Source: Candidatus Nomurabacteria bacterium
GTDB lineage: Bacteria > Patescibacteriota > Saccharimonadia > Saccharimonadales > UBA7683
Reading direction: 5' to 3'
DNA: 64,000 nt
Assembly (NCBI GenBank): GCA_020631865.1
Contig: JACKGS010000002.1
Span: 109,534 to 173,533 of the forward strand
Under the pieces are notes generated by a model, which had not been told where the DNA came from, made no database searches, and saw only the letters and a program-made list of their open reading frames with translations. The position numbers and the translations under genes are program-made. Shown here piece by piece: positions 16,139 to 25,275 of this stretch (its first letter is position 1; each line of letters starts with the position of its first letter).

Positions 16139-17905
16139 ATGGAAAAAAAAGTAATAATAATTGAAAACATGATCACCGTCGGTGATTTGGCGACCAAGCT
16201 GGATATCCCAGTGTCTAATTTAATCGGTGAATTATTCAAGAATGGAATAATGACGACCGTTAATCAATTGATAGATTTTGATACTGCAGAGATAATCGTT
16301 TCAGAGCTTAAGTTGGAAGTTAAGCTTTCTCGAAATAATGACAATGAAGAGTCTGAGGACACTTCTCAGAAGTCGGAGCGACATACTGCCGAAACGGCAG
16401 AAGTTAGACCGCCAGTTGTAGCGGTTATGGGTCACGTTGATCATGGAAAAACAAGCTTACTCGATGCAATTTTGAACCAAAAAGTTGTTAGTGGTGAGGC
16501 AGGTGGTATAACTCAACATATATCTGCCTATCAAACTACTCATGGTGATAGAAAAATCACTTTGCTAGACACTCCGGGACATGAGGCTTTTTCTGCTTTA
16601 AGGCAGCACGGTGCAAGGTTAACTGATGTTGTTATTATTGTGGTGGCTGCGGACGATGGAGTTAAGCCTCAGACTGTTGAGGCTATCAAATTTGCTCAGT
16701 CTGCAAAAGCTAAGATAATTGTAGCTCTTAATAAAATCGATAAACCCGAAGCCGATGCTAATAGAGCTAAGCAAAGTTTAGCAGAAGCTGGGTTGATGCC
16801 AGAGGATTGGGGTGGAGATACAACTATTGTGGAGGTTTCAGCTAAAACCAAACAGGGTATAGAGCAGTTGTTAGATCTAATAATCTTAATGGCTGATATA
16901 GAAGAGCTGAAGGGCGACATCGAAGGTCTAGCTGAAGGTATTGTGATAGAGGCTCATCTAGAGCAGGGCAAGGGGGCTACTGTTTCTGCAATGATAGAGC
17001 ATGGCAGACTAGAAAAAGCTAATTTTGTAGTCATCGGCACTACTTACGGTAAAATTAGAACCCTAGAAGATTGGTCCGGAGTGCCGATTGTTTTTGCGGG
17101 ACCTTCAACACCTGTAAAAATGACTGGATTCAAAGAGCTGCCTCAATTTGGAGATCGCGTTACTGTCGCAGCTTCTGAAAAAGAAGCCAGAGAACGAGCT
17201 GATAGTGCAAAAGATAAGGCCGTTAAAGGCAGGCTAAATATGACTAGTAATGATCTGCTCGGGCTGATTAATAAGAATGCTCAGTTAAAAGAGGTGCCTA
17301 TTATTATCAAAGCTGATGTGCAGGGCTCTTTAACTTCAATAAGTGATAGTCTCAGACTGCTAGAAAACCAAGAGCTAAAGATGCAGATTATCGGTTCTGG
17401 TATTGGTGGAGTGTCTGAAAGTGATGTTCAGATGGCGTCTACTAGTGGTGCATTAATTTATGCTTTCAATACTTCAGCTCAGTCTGCTGTTAAAAAATTA
17501 GCCGAAAGAGAAGGTGTGTCGATTCGTGAATTTAAGGTTATTTATGAACTGCTCGATGATGCTAAAGAGGTATTAAGTGCACTACTGGAGCCAGAGATAG
17601 TCGAGACCGACATAGGCAAGTTAGTAATTAAGGGAGTTTTTAGGACAACTAAAGATGAAATAATCTGTGGTGGTGAAGTCACAAAAGGTAAGGTTGAGCC
17701 AGGTATTAAAGCTAGGGTATTTAGAGACAAAGAACTACTTGGTGAAGTTGATGTCGTAAAGGTTCAGCGTCAACAATCTGAAGCCAAAGAGGTGTTTGAG
17801 GGTGAGATGTGTGGTCTGTCATTGAATACAAGTAAAAAGATGCTGATAGAAGAAGGTGACAAGCTAGAATTTTATAAAAGCGAAGAAATCCAGCGTACAC
17901 TTTAA
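16139..17905 (+). CDS. infB: translation initiation factor IF-2
   Basis: G-domain motifs VMGHVDHGKTSLLD, DTPGHEAF, NKID. The C-terminal domains are conserved. Confidence 0.95.
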   Translation: MEKKVIIIENMITVGDLATKLDIPVSNLIGELFKNGIMTTVNQLIDFDTAEIIVSELKLEVKLSRNNDNEESEDTSQKSERHTAETAEVRPPVVAVMGHVDHGKTSLLDAILNQKVVSGEAGGITQHISAYQTTHGDRKITLLDTPGHEAFSALRQHGARLTDVVIIVVAADDGVKPQTVEAIKFAQSAKAKIIVALNKIDKPEADANRAKQSLAEAGLMPEDWGGDTTIVEVSAKTKQGIEQLLDLIILMADIEELKGDIEGLAEGIVIEAHLEQGKGATVSAMIEHGRLEKANFVVIGTTYGKIRTLEDWSGVPIVFAGPSTPVKMTGFKELPQFGDRVTVAASEKEARERADSAKDKAVKGRLNMTSNDLLGLINKNAQLKEVPIIIKADVQGSLTSISDSLRLLENQELKMQIIGSGIGGVSESDVQMASTSGALIYAFNTSAQSAVKKLAEREGVSIREFKVIYELLDDAKEVLSALLEPEIVETDIGKLVIKGVFRTTKDEIICGGEVTKGKVEPGIKARVFRDKELLGEVDVVKVQRQQSEAKEVFEGEMCGLSLNTSKKMLIEEGDKLEFYKSEEIQRTL

Positions 17906-17961
17906 GTTGTTGCATTGATACAACTAAGAAACATATGTACAATAGCTACTAGAGGAAAAAT

Positions 17962-18546
17962 ATGATAAGAATAGACGATAGTTTACTAGAAGAGATAGGA
18001 TTAATTGGCCTTCCAGAGCACGAACGTCGTGAAATGCTAAAGCATATCTATAGTACTTTAGAAATGAGAGTCGGTATGCGTTTGGCTGAAAGAATGAATG
18101 ACCAGCAACTAGATGAGTTTGAAAAATTCATAGATGGTGATTTGGTTTATATAGAAAATTATCTTAATCAATTAAAGCCCGGTTGGCAACAAGCGCCAGC
18201 TTATATCAAAGAGCTTCAAATGGCTCACGAGGCATCCCAACGAAACAACACCCCCTTTAATGAGCTTTCAGTTAAATCTCAGTTCGGTGCACTAACCTGG
18301 CTAGAAACTAACTTTCCAGATTATAAAAATGTTGTAGCTGGCGAGCTAGATAAATTAAAAATAGAAATTAAACAAGATAGCTCTAAAATTATTGAAGCTA
18401 CTAGCGGCGATCAGCCTGCAGCTCAGGCTCCTGCGCAAGGTAGTCAACAGATCTCTCAGGAGTTCAACCCTTCTGTTCAGGATATTCAGAATCCCCAGGG
18501 TCCTCAACCTCAGGGTGAAAACCAACAGCCGCCATTAGCTGCCTAG
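17962..18546 (+). CDS. hypothetical protein with Q/P-rich tail
   Basis: 194-aa ORF with SD AGAGGAAAA. No family is assignable from sequence alone. Confidence 0.6.
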   Translation: MIRIDDSLLEEIGLIGLPEHERREMLKHIYSTLEMRVGMRLAERMNDQQLDEFEKFIDGDLVYIENYLNQLKPGWQQAPAYIKELQMAHEASQRNNTPFNELSVKSQFGALTWLETNFPDYKNVVAGELDKLKIEIKQDSSKIIEATSGDQPAAQAPAQGSQQISQEFNPSVQDIQNPQGPQPQGENQQPPLAA

Positions 18547-18598
18547 CCGTAGCCTTATTAAGATCCCAAGTCACACAAGCTTAATATTTATAATGGTG

Positions 18599-19480
18599 TT
18601 ATAACTTACTTCCATAGCCAGCTATAAAGGCACCGCTACCCATAACATTTTTACCAGCAGGCTTAAGAGTCTCGATTATCAAGCTGCCCTCGGCTGTTTT
18701 AATAGATAATTTTTTCTCAGATGTTACAGTTATTGATCCGGTGTTACCATTTGGATTTATGATATCAGAAGCCGTAGCATCTAATATAACTACATCTTTG
18801 CCCGCAATTTGAGTACGTGATTTTGGCCATGAAGAGTATGCACGTATCTCTCTTTCTAGAACAGTCGCTGGTTTTGAAAAGTCTAATATGCCATCAGACT
18901 TAACTAGTTTTCTTGAGTATGTTGCTCGGTCTGGGTGTGGTTGACTTCTCGGCTTAGTTTCGTTATTTAGGTATTTTGGAATATGCATAGATAGCATTTC
19001 GGCACTTAGGTTAATAAGTTGTTTTGTGAGCTCAGAGTTGTTGACCTTTAAATCAAGTTTTAATGTTTTTTGAGCAATTAATTTACCCGTATCCATTCCT
19101 TCATCAATTAGCATTAAGCTGACTCCTGTTTTTTCTTGGCCACTTAATATCGAAAAGGTGATCGGATCTGCGCCTCGCCATTCTGGTAACAGAGAAAAAT
19201 GGCTGTTAACAATCCCAAACTCAAACTTTTGAATAACTTTTTTTGATACTATAATTCCAAAATCAATAAGTATAGCAACTTGGCTATCAAAATTTTTCTC
19301 AAGAATTAACTCATCTAGTTCCGACTTGGTGCTAACACCAAAAATTGGAGGCTGGCTAATAGTGACCTTCATTTCGTGCACCGTAGTTGGCTTAGTAATA
19401 ATTGCTTCAATTTCAAAGTGCTTCTCAAGAAGTCGCAAACTATCAGCAGCAACGGGACCACTCCCAAAGAATACAATCAT
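18599..19480 (-). CDS. fmt: methionyl-tRNA formyltransferase
   Basis: Has MIVFFGSGP... and NSHFSLLPEWRGADPI. Lies downstream of def. Confidence 0.92.
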   Translation of the reverse strand: MIVFFGSGPVAADSLRLLEKHFEIEAIITKPTTVHEMKVTISQPPIFGVSTKSELDELILEKNFDSQVAILIDFGIIVSKKVIQKFEFGIVNSHFSLLPEWRGADPITFSILSGQEKTGVSLMLIDEGMDTGKLIAQKTLKLDLKVNNSELTKQLINLSAEMLSMHIPKYLNNETKPRSQPHPDRATYSRKLVKSDGILDFSKPATVLEREIRAYSSWPKSRTQIAGKDVVILDATASDIINPNGNTGSITVTSEKKLSIKTAEGSLIIETLKPAGKNVMGSGAFIAGYGSKL

Positions 19481-19503
19481 CTGCCATCTCCATTTTCAGA
19501 TGA

Positions 19504-19590
19504 GCAATATGAAATATGAAGTATAAAATATGTGTTCCATTCCGCGGTAGACTGCAGCCTCTCCATATTCCATATTCCATATTCCATATT
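19504..19590 (-). repeat. 28-bp heptamer-periodic RNA hairpin in the def-fmt spacer
   Basis: On the minus-strand RNA, (GGAAUAU)x4 (from + 19563-19590) pairs with AUAUUUU AUACUUC AUAUUUC AUAUUGC (from + 19504-19531). Hand count: 22 Watson-Crick pairs, 4 G-U pairs and 2 mismatches. The loop is about 31 nt. Confidence 0.8.
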
Positions 19591-19612
19591 TCTTTTCTCG
19601 TATTCCATTTTG

Positions 19613-20188
19613 CTAGCCCCACAATATAGAGTTGTCTTTAATGTCCTTCTCGTAGTCAAGCGGCTCCAGCCCACCCCCGGGCATTAATCTGAAGAAGGCC
19701 TCGGGATCGTCTTTGATGTGGTCAATAAATACCATGCCATTCGTGTGGTCTACCTCATGTTGTAAGATTCTTGCTAAAAATCCATAAGCTGTTACACGGA
19801 ATTCTTCGCCACGTTCGTTTAGTGCCTTAACTTTTACGCCATGATAGCGCTTAACCTTTCCGTATACATCCGGTACACTTAAGCAGCCTTCATAATCATC
19901 TTCGAGTGGCTCTATAGTTTTGGTTATTTCAGGGTTTATAAAAACTGTAAATTTTTTATCTTCGGTATTTTCAAAATCATTACGAACAAGAAATATTCTG
20001 TAAAGCTTATTCACTTGTATGGCGGCAAGACCAACAGCTGCTTCATGATCACGAGAATTCTCCCAATCAATCGTTGCTTCTCGCATATCACTGATCAGTT
20101 TTGTAATTTCATCTGTAATAATACCAACACGAGCTGATTTTTTACGTAAATTTGGTTCCGGCAATGTAACAATATCATCTTTATTCAT
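19613..20188 (-). CDS. def: peptide deformylase
   Basis: Motifs GLAAIQV, EGCLSVP and HEVDHTNG. Confidence 0.95.
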   Translation of the reverse strand: MNKDDIVTLPEPNLRKKSARVGIITDEITKLISDMREATIDWENSRDHEAAVGLAAIQVNKLYRIFLVRNDFENTEDKKFTVFINPEITKTIEPLEDDYEGCLSVPDVYGKVKRYHGVKVKALNERGEEFRVTAYGFLARILQHEVDHTNGMVFIDHIKDDPEAFFRLMPGGGLEPLDYEKDIKDNSILWG

Positions 20189-20248
20189 CTGAAGTAGTAT
20201 ATCAGACAGGAGTGGATGAGTTAAGGGATGTATAGTGTGCTTAGTGCT

Positions 20249-20278
20249 AGGAATATGAAGTATGAAATATAGAAAAAG
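20249..20278 (+). repeat. solo purine-rich heptamer arm (same family as 19504-19531 and the complement of 30148-30185)
   Basis: AGGAATATGAAGTATGAAATATAGAAAAAG closely resembles the reverse complement of the 3' flank of the four-helix-bundle cassette (GAGGAATATGAAAAATGAAATATGAAAAATGG). Confidence 0.6.
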
Positions 20279-20329
20279 GTAATTAAGACAGTGTGCTGTG
20301 GAAAACTGATCATCTGATCCATAATTTTA

Positions 20330-20358
20330 TTGACAGCCATCGTAAGCTTAAGTACAAT
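20330..20358 (+). promoter_or_regulatory. near-consensus promoter of the giant surface-protein gene
   Basis: TTGACA (20330-20335), 17 nt, TACAAT (20353-20358). Confidence 0.65.
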
Positions 20359-20402
20359 TTATAGTAGTAACTAATATATTTTACGTATATTAATGAGGTA
20401 TC

Positions 20403-23400
20403 GTGGGTAATATAAATACATCGACATGGGATCTATATGGATCGGGAGACTTGGAATTTGAAGATACTCCAAAAGATGGAGGGTCGTCTTTTGGGGCTGT
20501 TTCAGGCCAAGAAAGGCCTCATGTTTTTGAATCTCAAGATTCAATTTCGAATCATCCTAGTGAAGATAAATTAGATGTTTTAAATTCAAATACAGAGCCT
20601 GCTTCTGGCGGCGTTAGTGATAATAGCAATAGGAATCAAAAGTCTAGCCCATCTTCTTCTGGTAATACGCTATTATCTCCACGCCCTAACAAACCCAATG
20701 ACTCAAAGCATTCTTGGAGGAAGCCACTTTTAATTACGGTAATTTTACTTTTGCTACTAGGTTCGATAACTACATTAGCTCTATACCGTAATTCCGTGGC
20801 TAAATACAATAATTTGAAATCTGCTCAAAGCGCTTTACAGCAAGAGTTGCTGAAATCAGATGAAGCTAGCGCGGAAGAGCTTAAGGAGCTGGGCGACAAA
20901 GTTTCTATAATACGCGGCGAATTAGATAAAGATATTCCAGAGGATCTTCAGGAGCAATACCAAGATTTACTGCTTCAAATAAACTCTTTAACACAGAGCT
21001 CTAATCAGGCTGTTGCAAGTTCCGCCCAAGATCTACTCGCAAAATTAACCAACCAAGCTGGTGCTGGTATTTCACTTTCTCCGGACGGCAAGACCATTAC
21101 AAACTCTGGTGTACTATCGGTTAATAGTCAAACGGGTAATTTGAGTATTCAAGGTACGGCTAATCAAACAAATGTTACTCAAAACGGATCAACAACAACT
21201 ATTGGTACGGCTCAAGATATTGCGCAAACATCTAGTCCGACGTTTAACAATCAGACCTTAACTGGCAACGGAAATATCCAGGGCGGTTTGACAGTTGGCG
21301 GAACTACAACAACCAATAACCTAACAATACAATCTAGTGGAACGCAAAATGGTTACGCACTTTGTGATGCTAGCAATAACTGTGGTTACTCTGGTGCTGG
21401 TAGTAGTTATGTTCAGGGTGGTAATAGTTTTGGTAACCCTGCTTACTTGGGTACAAATGATAACAACTCTCTTAATTTAGAAACCAATGGAACTACTAGG
21501 TTGACAATAGATACCGCCGGCAACACAAGCTTGACTGGTAACTTAACAACCCCCGGCAGCGTTTCTGCCTCAAGCCTAAGCGGAAATGGCTCAGGCGTAA
21601 CAAATGTTGATGCTACTGCCTTAAACGGTAACACAGCAGGTAATAATAGCGGTCAGATTTCACTTAATAATGGTACAGTCAATTCTAATCTTAATTCAGA
21701 TCTTCTTGACGGCCAACATGGAAGCTACTATCAAAATGCAAGCAATATTAATGCCGGGACACTTTCAGATGCAAGACTGTCTTCTAATGTAACCCTGCAA
21801 GGCAATAGCTTTAACGGTATTAATCAATTAGTGCAATTGAATGGTTCCGGGTATTTACCGTCACTTAACGGTTCTTTAGTAACAAATGTAGATGCGCTAA
21901 CGCTTCAAGGAAATAGCGCTAGCTACTTTACAAATGCAAGCAACATAGCCTCTGGAACACTTTCGGATTTACGCCTCAGCTCTAACATACCCTTAAAAAA
22001 TGCCACTAACACCTTCACCGGCACAAATAACTTTGCCGGAATAACTGCAACCGGAATTCTACAAGGTGGCTACAGTGTTTGCGATGCCAGCAATAACTGT
22101 AACTACGCTACAAATTCTCAATTTGCATCTGCAATTCTACAGGGTGGCAACTCTTTTGGCACAACAATGAGGATAGGTACAAACGATAGCCAGAGTCTTG
22201 TTTTGAAGTCTAACAATGTTGATGCTATGACAATTGCTTCCGATGGTAGGATAGGTATAAATAGTACACCATCCGCTGTCTACAGACTGTCAGTGAATGC
22301 TGATGCTAGGGCTATGTTTGTAGGGCATGTTTCAATACCCGTACTTGATAATAGTTTTTCATTGAATGTTTCAAATTACTATCAATCACATGGTGCAATT
22401 GGTATTCGTCTGAATGCAGGAACAACCGCTCCGCACATTAGGTCATATCTAGATAGCACTAAGGTATTTGAGGTTGGATCAGCCGGTCAAGGGTATTTTG
22501 CCGGTAATACTAGTATTGGAACTACGTCTGATCTTGGACAGTTAGCCGTGGTGAATACAAGTACAACACAGGCGGTTATGGTGGTTCGCGGAGCTTCTGG
22601 TCAAGCAGGTGATTTGCAGCAATGGCAGAATAGCTCAGGTACAGTATTGAGCAGGGTGGCTAGTAATGGCGCTATACAGCTAGGTTTTAATGTAGCACTA
22701 CAAGCGGAGCATTCTGGTGGCGGTGGTTTTGTTGATCTCATAAAAAGAGGGAGTGGGAATAGTGTATATGTAGGTAATACAACTTCAGAGACATTTTTGC
22801 AGGGGCATAATTATACCTTCCTTACAACTTCAAGTTCTCAGGGTGGGATAAGGCTATATGCCTCGGAGGTTACAAAGTACGGAGGTATTGGATACTTGGG
22901 TACTAGTTCAATTCCGTGGAATCAATTATTTCTACAGTCTGTAACAAATTCAGCTACGCCACTATACGTTAAGGGTGCTTTGTCACAAACTGCCAACTTA
23001 ACCGAATGGCAAGATAACTCAGGCTCTATTTTAGGATCAGTCAATAACTTGGGGAATCTTACTATGGACAGGGGTTTTAGTGCAATCAGCGCTGGCGTGG
23101 CAGGTGCAACGTATAGTATTGGTTATAATGGAGTATCAATAGCGGCATGGAGATCAGATCCTGTTTGGGAGTCTGGTAGTTCAGTTCTTTCACCTTCTGC
23201 TGGAAAGTCCATATTTGTGAAGAGCTCAGCGGTCGGTGATACGGCGCTTAAAGTTAAGGCATTCACTGGTCAAACCGCAGACCTCCAACAATGGCAAAAT
23301 AGCTCTGGCACGGTGCTTTCTAGAATTACATCTGACGGCAGGTTGGCTGTTACGGATGCAAGTGATGGCGTTGTAGTTGCTAGCGTAGGAAGTCAGCTTG

Positions 23401-24407
23401 TGGGTGCGGGCATAAATCTTGGACGAGGTAAGTATGATACAAGCTCGTATGGCTTATGGGGTAACCCTGATTCGGCAACAGGAGATGGCAATATAACGAT
23501 TGCACCAAGGAATAAAAACAATAGTAACGGTGCTTATGTGACAGTGGGCCAAACTAGCTCATCAACTGACAGGGGATATATCAGGCTACAGGCTGGGTAC
23601 TACGCTGGGAGTTCAATGTATGGTAGAGTTGTGATTTCTACGGGATCTACGCCAGGTGCAAATTCATTTGTGGTTAATGAAAACCAGCAAGTTGGCATTG
23701 GAACGGCTACATTTGGAGCCAGCAATAAATTTACAGTTAATAGTAATACTACATCGGATAATTCGGCTTCAGTACAAATAAATACCGGTGGCACCAGTAA
23801 CAAGGGGATAGTAGTACAGGGTATTACTTCTCAATCAGGTGATTTACTGCAGGCACAAGATTCAACTGGTGCTGTGCTTGCAAAGATTGATGCAGATGGG
23901 GACTTGACGGCAAGGAGCGGGGACTTTGGTTCATCTTCGGTTACGTATGGTTTGTTCAGCAGAGGTTCTAGTGCAGCAGTTCTGGGTCAGGCTTATGGTG
24001 GGGATGGCATTAGAGGTCAATCATTGACGAATGGATCGGTAGCTTTGGCAGCCACTGGATGTGCCGGTTGTGCTGGTGATCTTCTTCAGGCAAGAGATTC
24101 GGTGGGGACAGTTTTGGCTAGAATAACTGCTAGCGGGGATTTGACGGTGAAGAATGCGAGTGTTGAAGGAGCGTATATTACGTTCAGTAATAATATCCGT
24201 GGATATAATGTGAGTGTTACAGCTTCGGCTACCTCTCAGACAGTTAGTTTCGGTACAGCACATCCAGATGCAAACTATGCAGTTTTCTGTACCCCAGACT
24301 GGAACACCAGCTGTTATGTAAGCAATAAAACAGTCAACGGCTTCACACTAAACTACGGCACCGCCGCCCCAGCCGCCCAACAAGTAGACTGGTTCGTCGC
24401 CAGATAA
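20403..24407 (+). CDS. 1334-aa membrane-anchored fibre/adhesin-like surface protein
   Basis: Disordered N-terminus, then one TM helix (LLITVILLLLLGSITTLALY), then a coiled coil. Long G/N/T/S-rich repeats follow (two CDASNNC[GN]Y modules, two LSD[AL]RLSSN motifs). Five copies of G/A-DL-xx-W/A-Q-[ND]S-xG-x-[VI]L-x-x-[VI]. C-terminal ~70-aa globular domain ending DWFVAR. Confidence 0.85.
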   Translation: MGNINTSTWDLYGSGDLEFEDTPKDGGSSFGAVSGQERPHVFESQDSISNHPSEDKLDVLNSNTEPASGGVSDNSNRNQKSSPSSSGNTLLSPRPNKPNDSKHSWRKPLLITVILLLLLGSITTLALYRNSVAKYNNLKSAQSALQQELLKSDEASAEELKELGDKVSIIRGELDKDIPEDLQEQYQDLLLQINSLTQSSNQAVASSAQDLLAKLTNQAGAGISLSPDGKTITNSGVLSVNSQTGNLSIQGTANQTNVTQNGSTTTIGTAQDIAQTSSPTFNNQTLTGNGNIQGGLTVGGTTTTNNLTIQSSGTQNGYALCDASNNCGYSGAGSSYVQGGNSFGNPAYLGTNDNNSLNLETNGTTRLTIDTAGNTSLTGNLTTPGSVSASSLSGNGSGVTNVDATALNGNTAGNNSGQISLNNGTVNSNLNSDLLDGQHGSYYQNASNINAGTLSDARLSSNVTLQGNSFNGINQLVQLNGSGYLPSLNGSLVTNVDALTLQGNSASYFTNASNIASGTLSDLRLSSNIPLKNATNTFTGTNNFAGITATGILQGGYSVCDASNNCNYATNSQFASAILQGGNSFGTTMRIGTNDSQSLVLKSNNVDAMTIASDGRIGINSTPSAVYRLSVNADARAMFVGHVSIPVLDNSFSLNVSNYYQSHGAIGIRLNAGTTAPHIRSYLDSTKVFEVGSAGQGYFAGNTSIGTTSDLGQLAVVNTSTTQAVMVVRGASGQAGDLQQWQNSSGTVLSRVASNGAIQLGFNVALQAEHSGGGGFVDLIKRGSGNSVYVGNTTSETFLQGHNYTFLTTSSSQGGIRLYASEVTKYGGIGYLGTSSIPWNQLFLQSVTNSATPLYVKGALSQTANLTEWQDNSGSILGSVNNLGNLTMDRGFSAISAGVAGATYSIGYNGVSIAAWRSDPVWESGSSVLSPSAGKSIFVKSSAVGDTALKVKAFTGQTADLQQWQNSSGTVLSRITSDGRLAVTDASDGVVVASVGSQLVGAGINLGRGKYDTSSYGLWGNPDSATGDGNITIAPRNKNNSNGAYVTVGQTSSSTDRGYIRLQAGYYAGSSMYGRVVISTGSTPGANSFVVNENQQVGIGTATFGASNKFTVNSNTTSDNSASVQINTGGTSNKGIVVQGITSQSGDLLQAQDSTGAVLAKIDADGDLTARSGDFGSSSVTYGLFSRGSSAAVLGQAYGGDGIRGQSLTNGSVALAATGCAGCAGDLLQARDSVGTVLARITASGDLTVKNASVEGAYITFSNNIRGYNVSVTASATSQTVSFGTAHPDANYAVFCTPDWNTSCYVSNKTVNGFTLNYGTAAPAAQQVDWFVAR

Positions 24408-24440
24408 CCCCCCCTCCGCCTTCATCTCTCTAAGGAGATT

Positions 24441-24467
24441 GCCTGGCGAGGACAGTCCTCGCCAGGC
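24441..24467. repeat. REP-like palindrome (upstream copy)
   Basis: GCCTGGCGAGG-ACAGT-CCTCGCCAGGC, a perfect 11-bp stem. Confidence 0.85.
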
Positions 24468-24486
24468 GGTAAATTAGTGATACAAT

Positions 24487-25152
24487 ATGTTTATGCCAAG
24501 TCGGAATGCTATTAAAGATTATGTTTCAGATAGTTTCTATCATATATATAATCGTGGTGTTGAGAAGAGGAAGATTTTTTTAGACGAGCGAGATTATGCA
24601 GTTTTTCTTAGCTATTTCAAGGTGGCTCTTAGTGAACGAATAGATGAAGATATAGAAAATGAGGCACTTTCAGTGGTTGAAGAAGCTAGGCTAAGGAGGT
24701 TAAATTTACATAAAGATATCGAACTAGTTGCATACTGTCTTGTGCCCAATCATTTTCATTTATTAATTTATCAAAAGGGAAATCCACAAGCTATCACTGA
24801 ACTGATGCGTTCCACGATGTCAGGGTATGTTAGATATTTCAACAAGCGATACAATAGAGTCGGCAGTTTATTTCAAGGGAGATACAAAGCTAGTTTAATT
24901 GATGAAGAAGCATATCTATGGCATATATCGCGCTATATACATTTAAATTCATTAGATAAAAAGACTGAACCCGAACAGGATGAACACAGTAGCTACCAGT
25001 ATTATATTGGTAAAAAGAGCGCAGAATGGTTGCATCCAGAGAGAATTTTAGAAATGCACGGCTCCATAAAAGAGTACACAGATTTCGTAGAAGATTACAG
25101 AGATCGCAAAGAACTCCTCGACGAAATAAAACACCAACTAGCCAACCACTAA
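24487..25152 (+). CDS. REP-associated tyrosine (Y1, IS200-like) transposase, RAYT-like
   Basis: Has YHIYNRG, the HUH motif VPNHFHLLI, YFNKRYNRVGSLFQGRYK, and the catalytic-Tyr region ISRYIHLN. 221 aa. Confidence 0.85.
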   Translation: MFMPSRNAIKDYVSDSFYHIYNRGVEKRKIFLDERDYAVFLSYFKVALSERIDEDIENEALSVVEEARLRRLNLHKDIELVAYCLVPNHFHLLIYQKGNPQAITELMRSTMSGYVRYFNKRYNRVGSLFQGRYKASLIDEEAYLWHISRYIHLNSLDKKTEPEQDEHSSYQYYIGKKSAEWLHPERILEMHGSIKEYTDFVEDYRDRKELLDEIKHQLANH

Positions 25153-25154
25153 AT

Positions 25155-25200
25155 ATTGCCTGGCGAGGACAGTCCTCGCCACAATAGTCCTCGCCACAGT
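25155..25200. repeat. REP-like palindrome (downstream copy plus partial third copy)
   Basis: TGGCGAGG-ACAGT-CCTCGCCA (8-bp stem) followed by AGTCCTCGCCACAGT. Confidence 0.8.
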
Positions 25201-25275
25201 AATGAAGTTGAGGTTTTGCTAGATAGTTTTTGGAAGGTTTAGTATAATGGTTATAGTAAAAATAAGAGGAGATTT

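Larger units (their letters stand above)
24437..25200 (+). mobile_element. RAYT gene with flanking REP-like hairpins
   Basis: A 27-nt direct repeat ATTGCCTGGCGAGGACAGTCCTCGCCA occurs on both sides of the Y1-transposase gene (24438-24464 and 25155-25181). Confidence 0.75.

Noticed and set aside
22590-23350. Internal repeats of the giant protein (GDLQQWQNSSGTVLSR... twice) considered as a DGR template/variable repeat pair.
   Set aside because: The two DNA copies differ at many positions of all base types, not only at adenines. No reverse transcriptase gene is present in the window.
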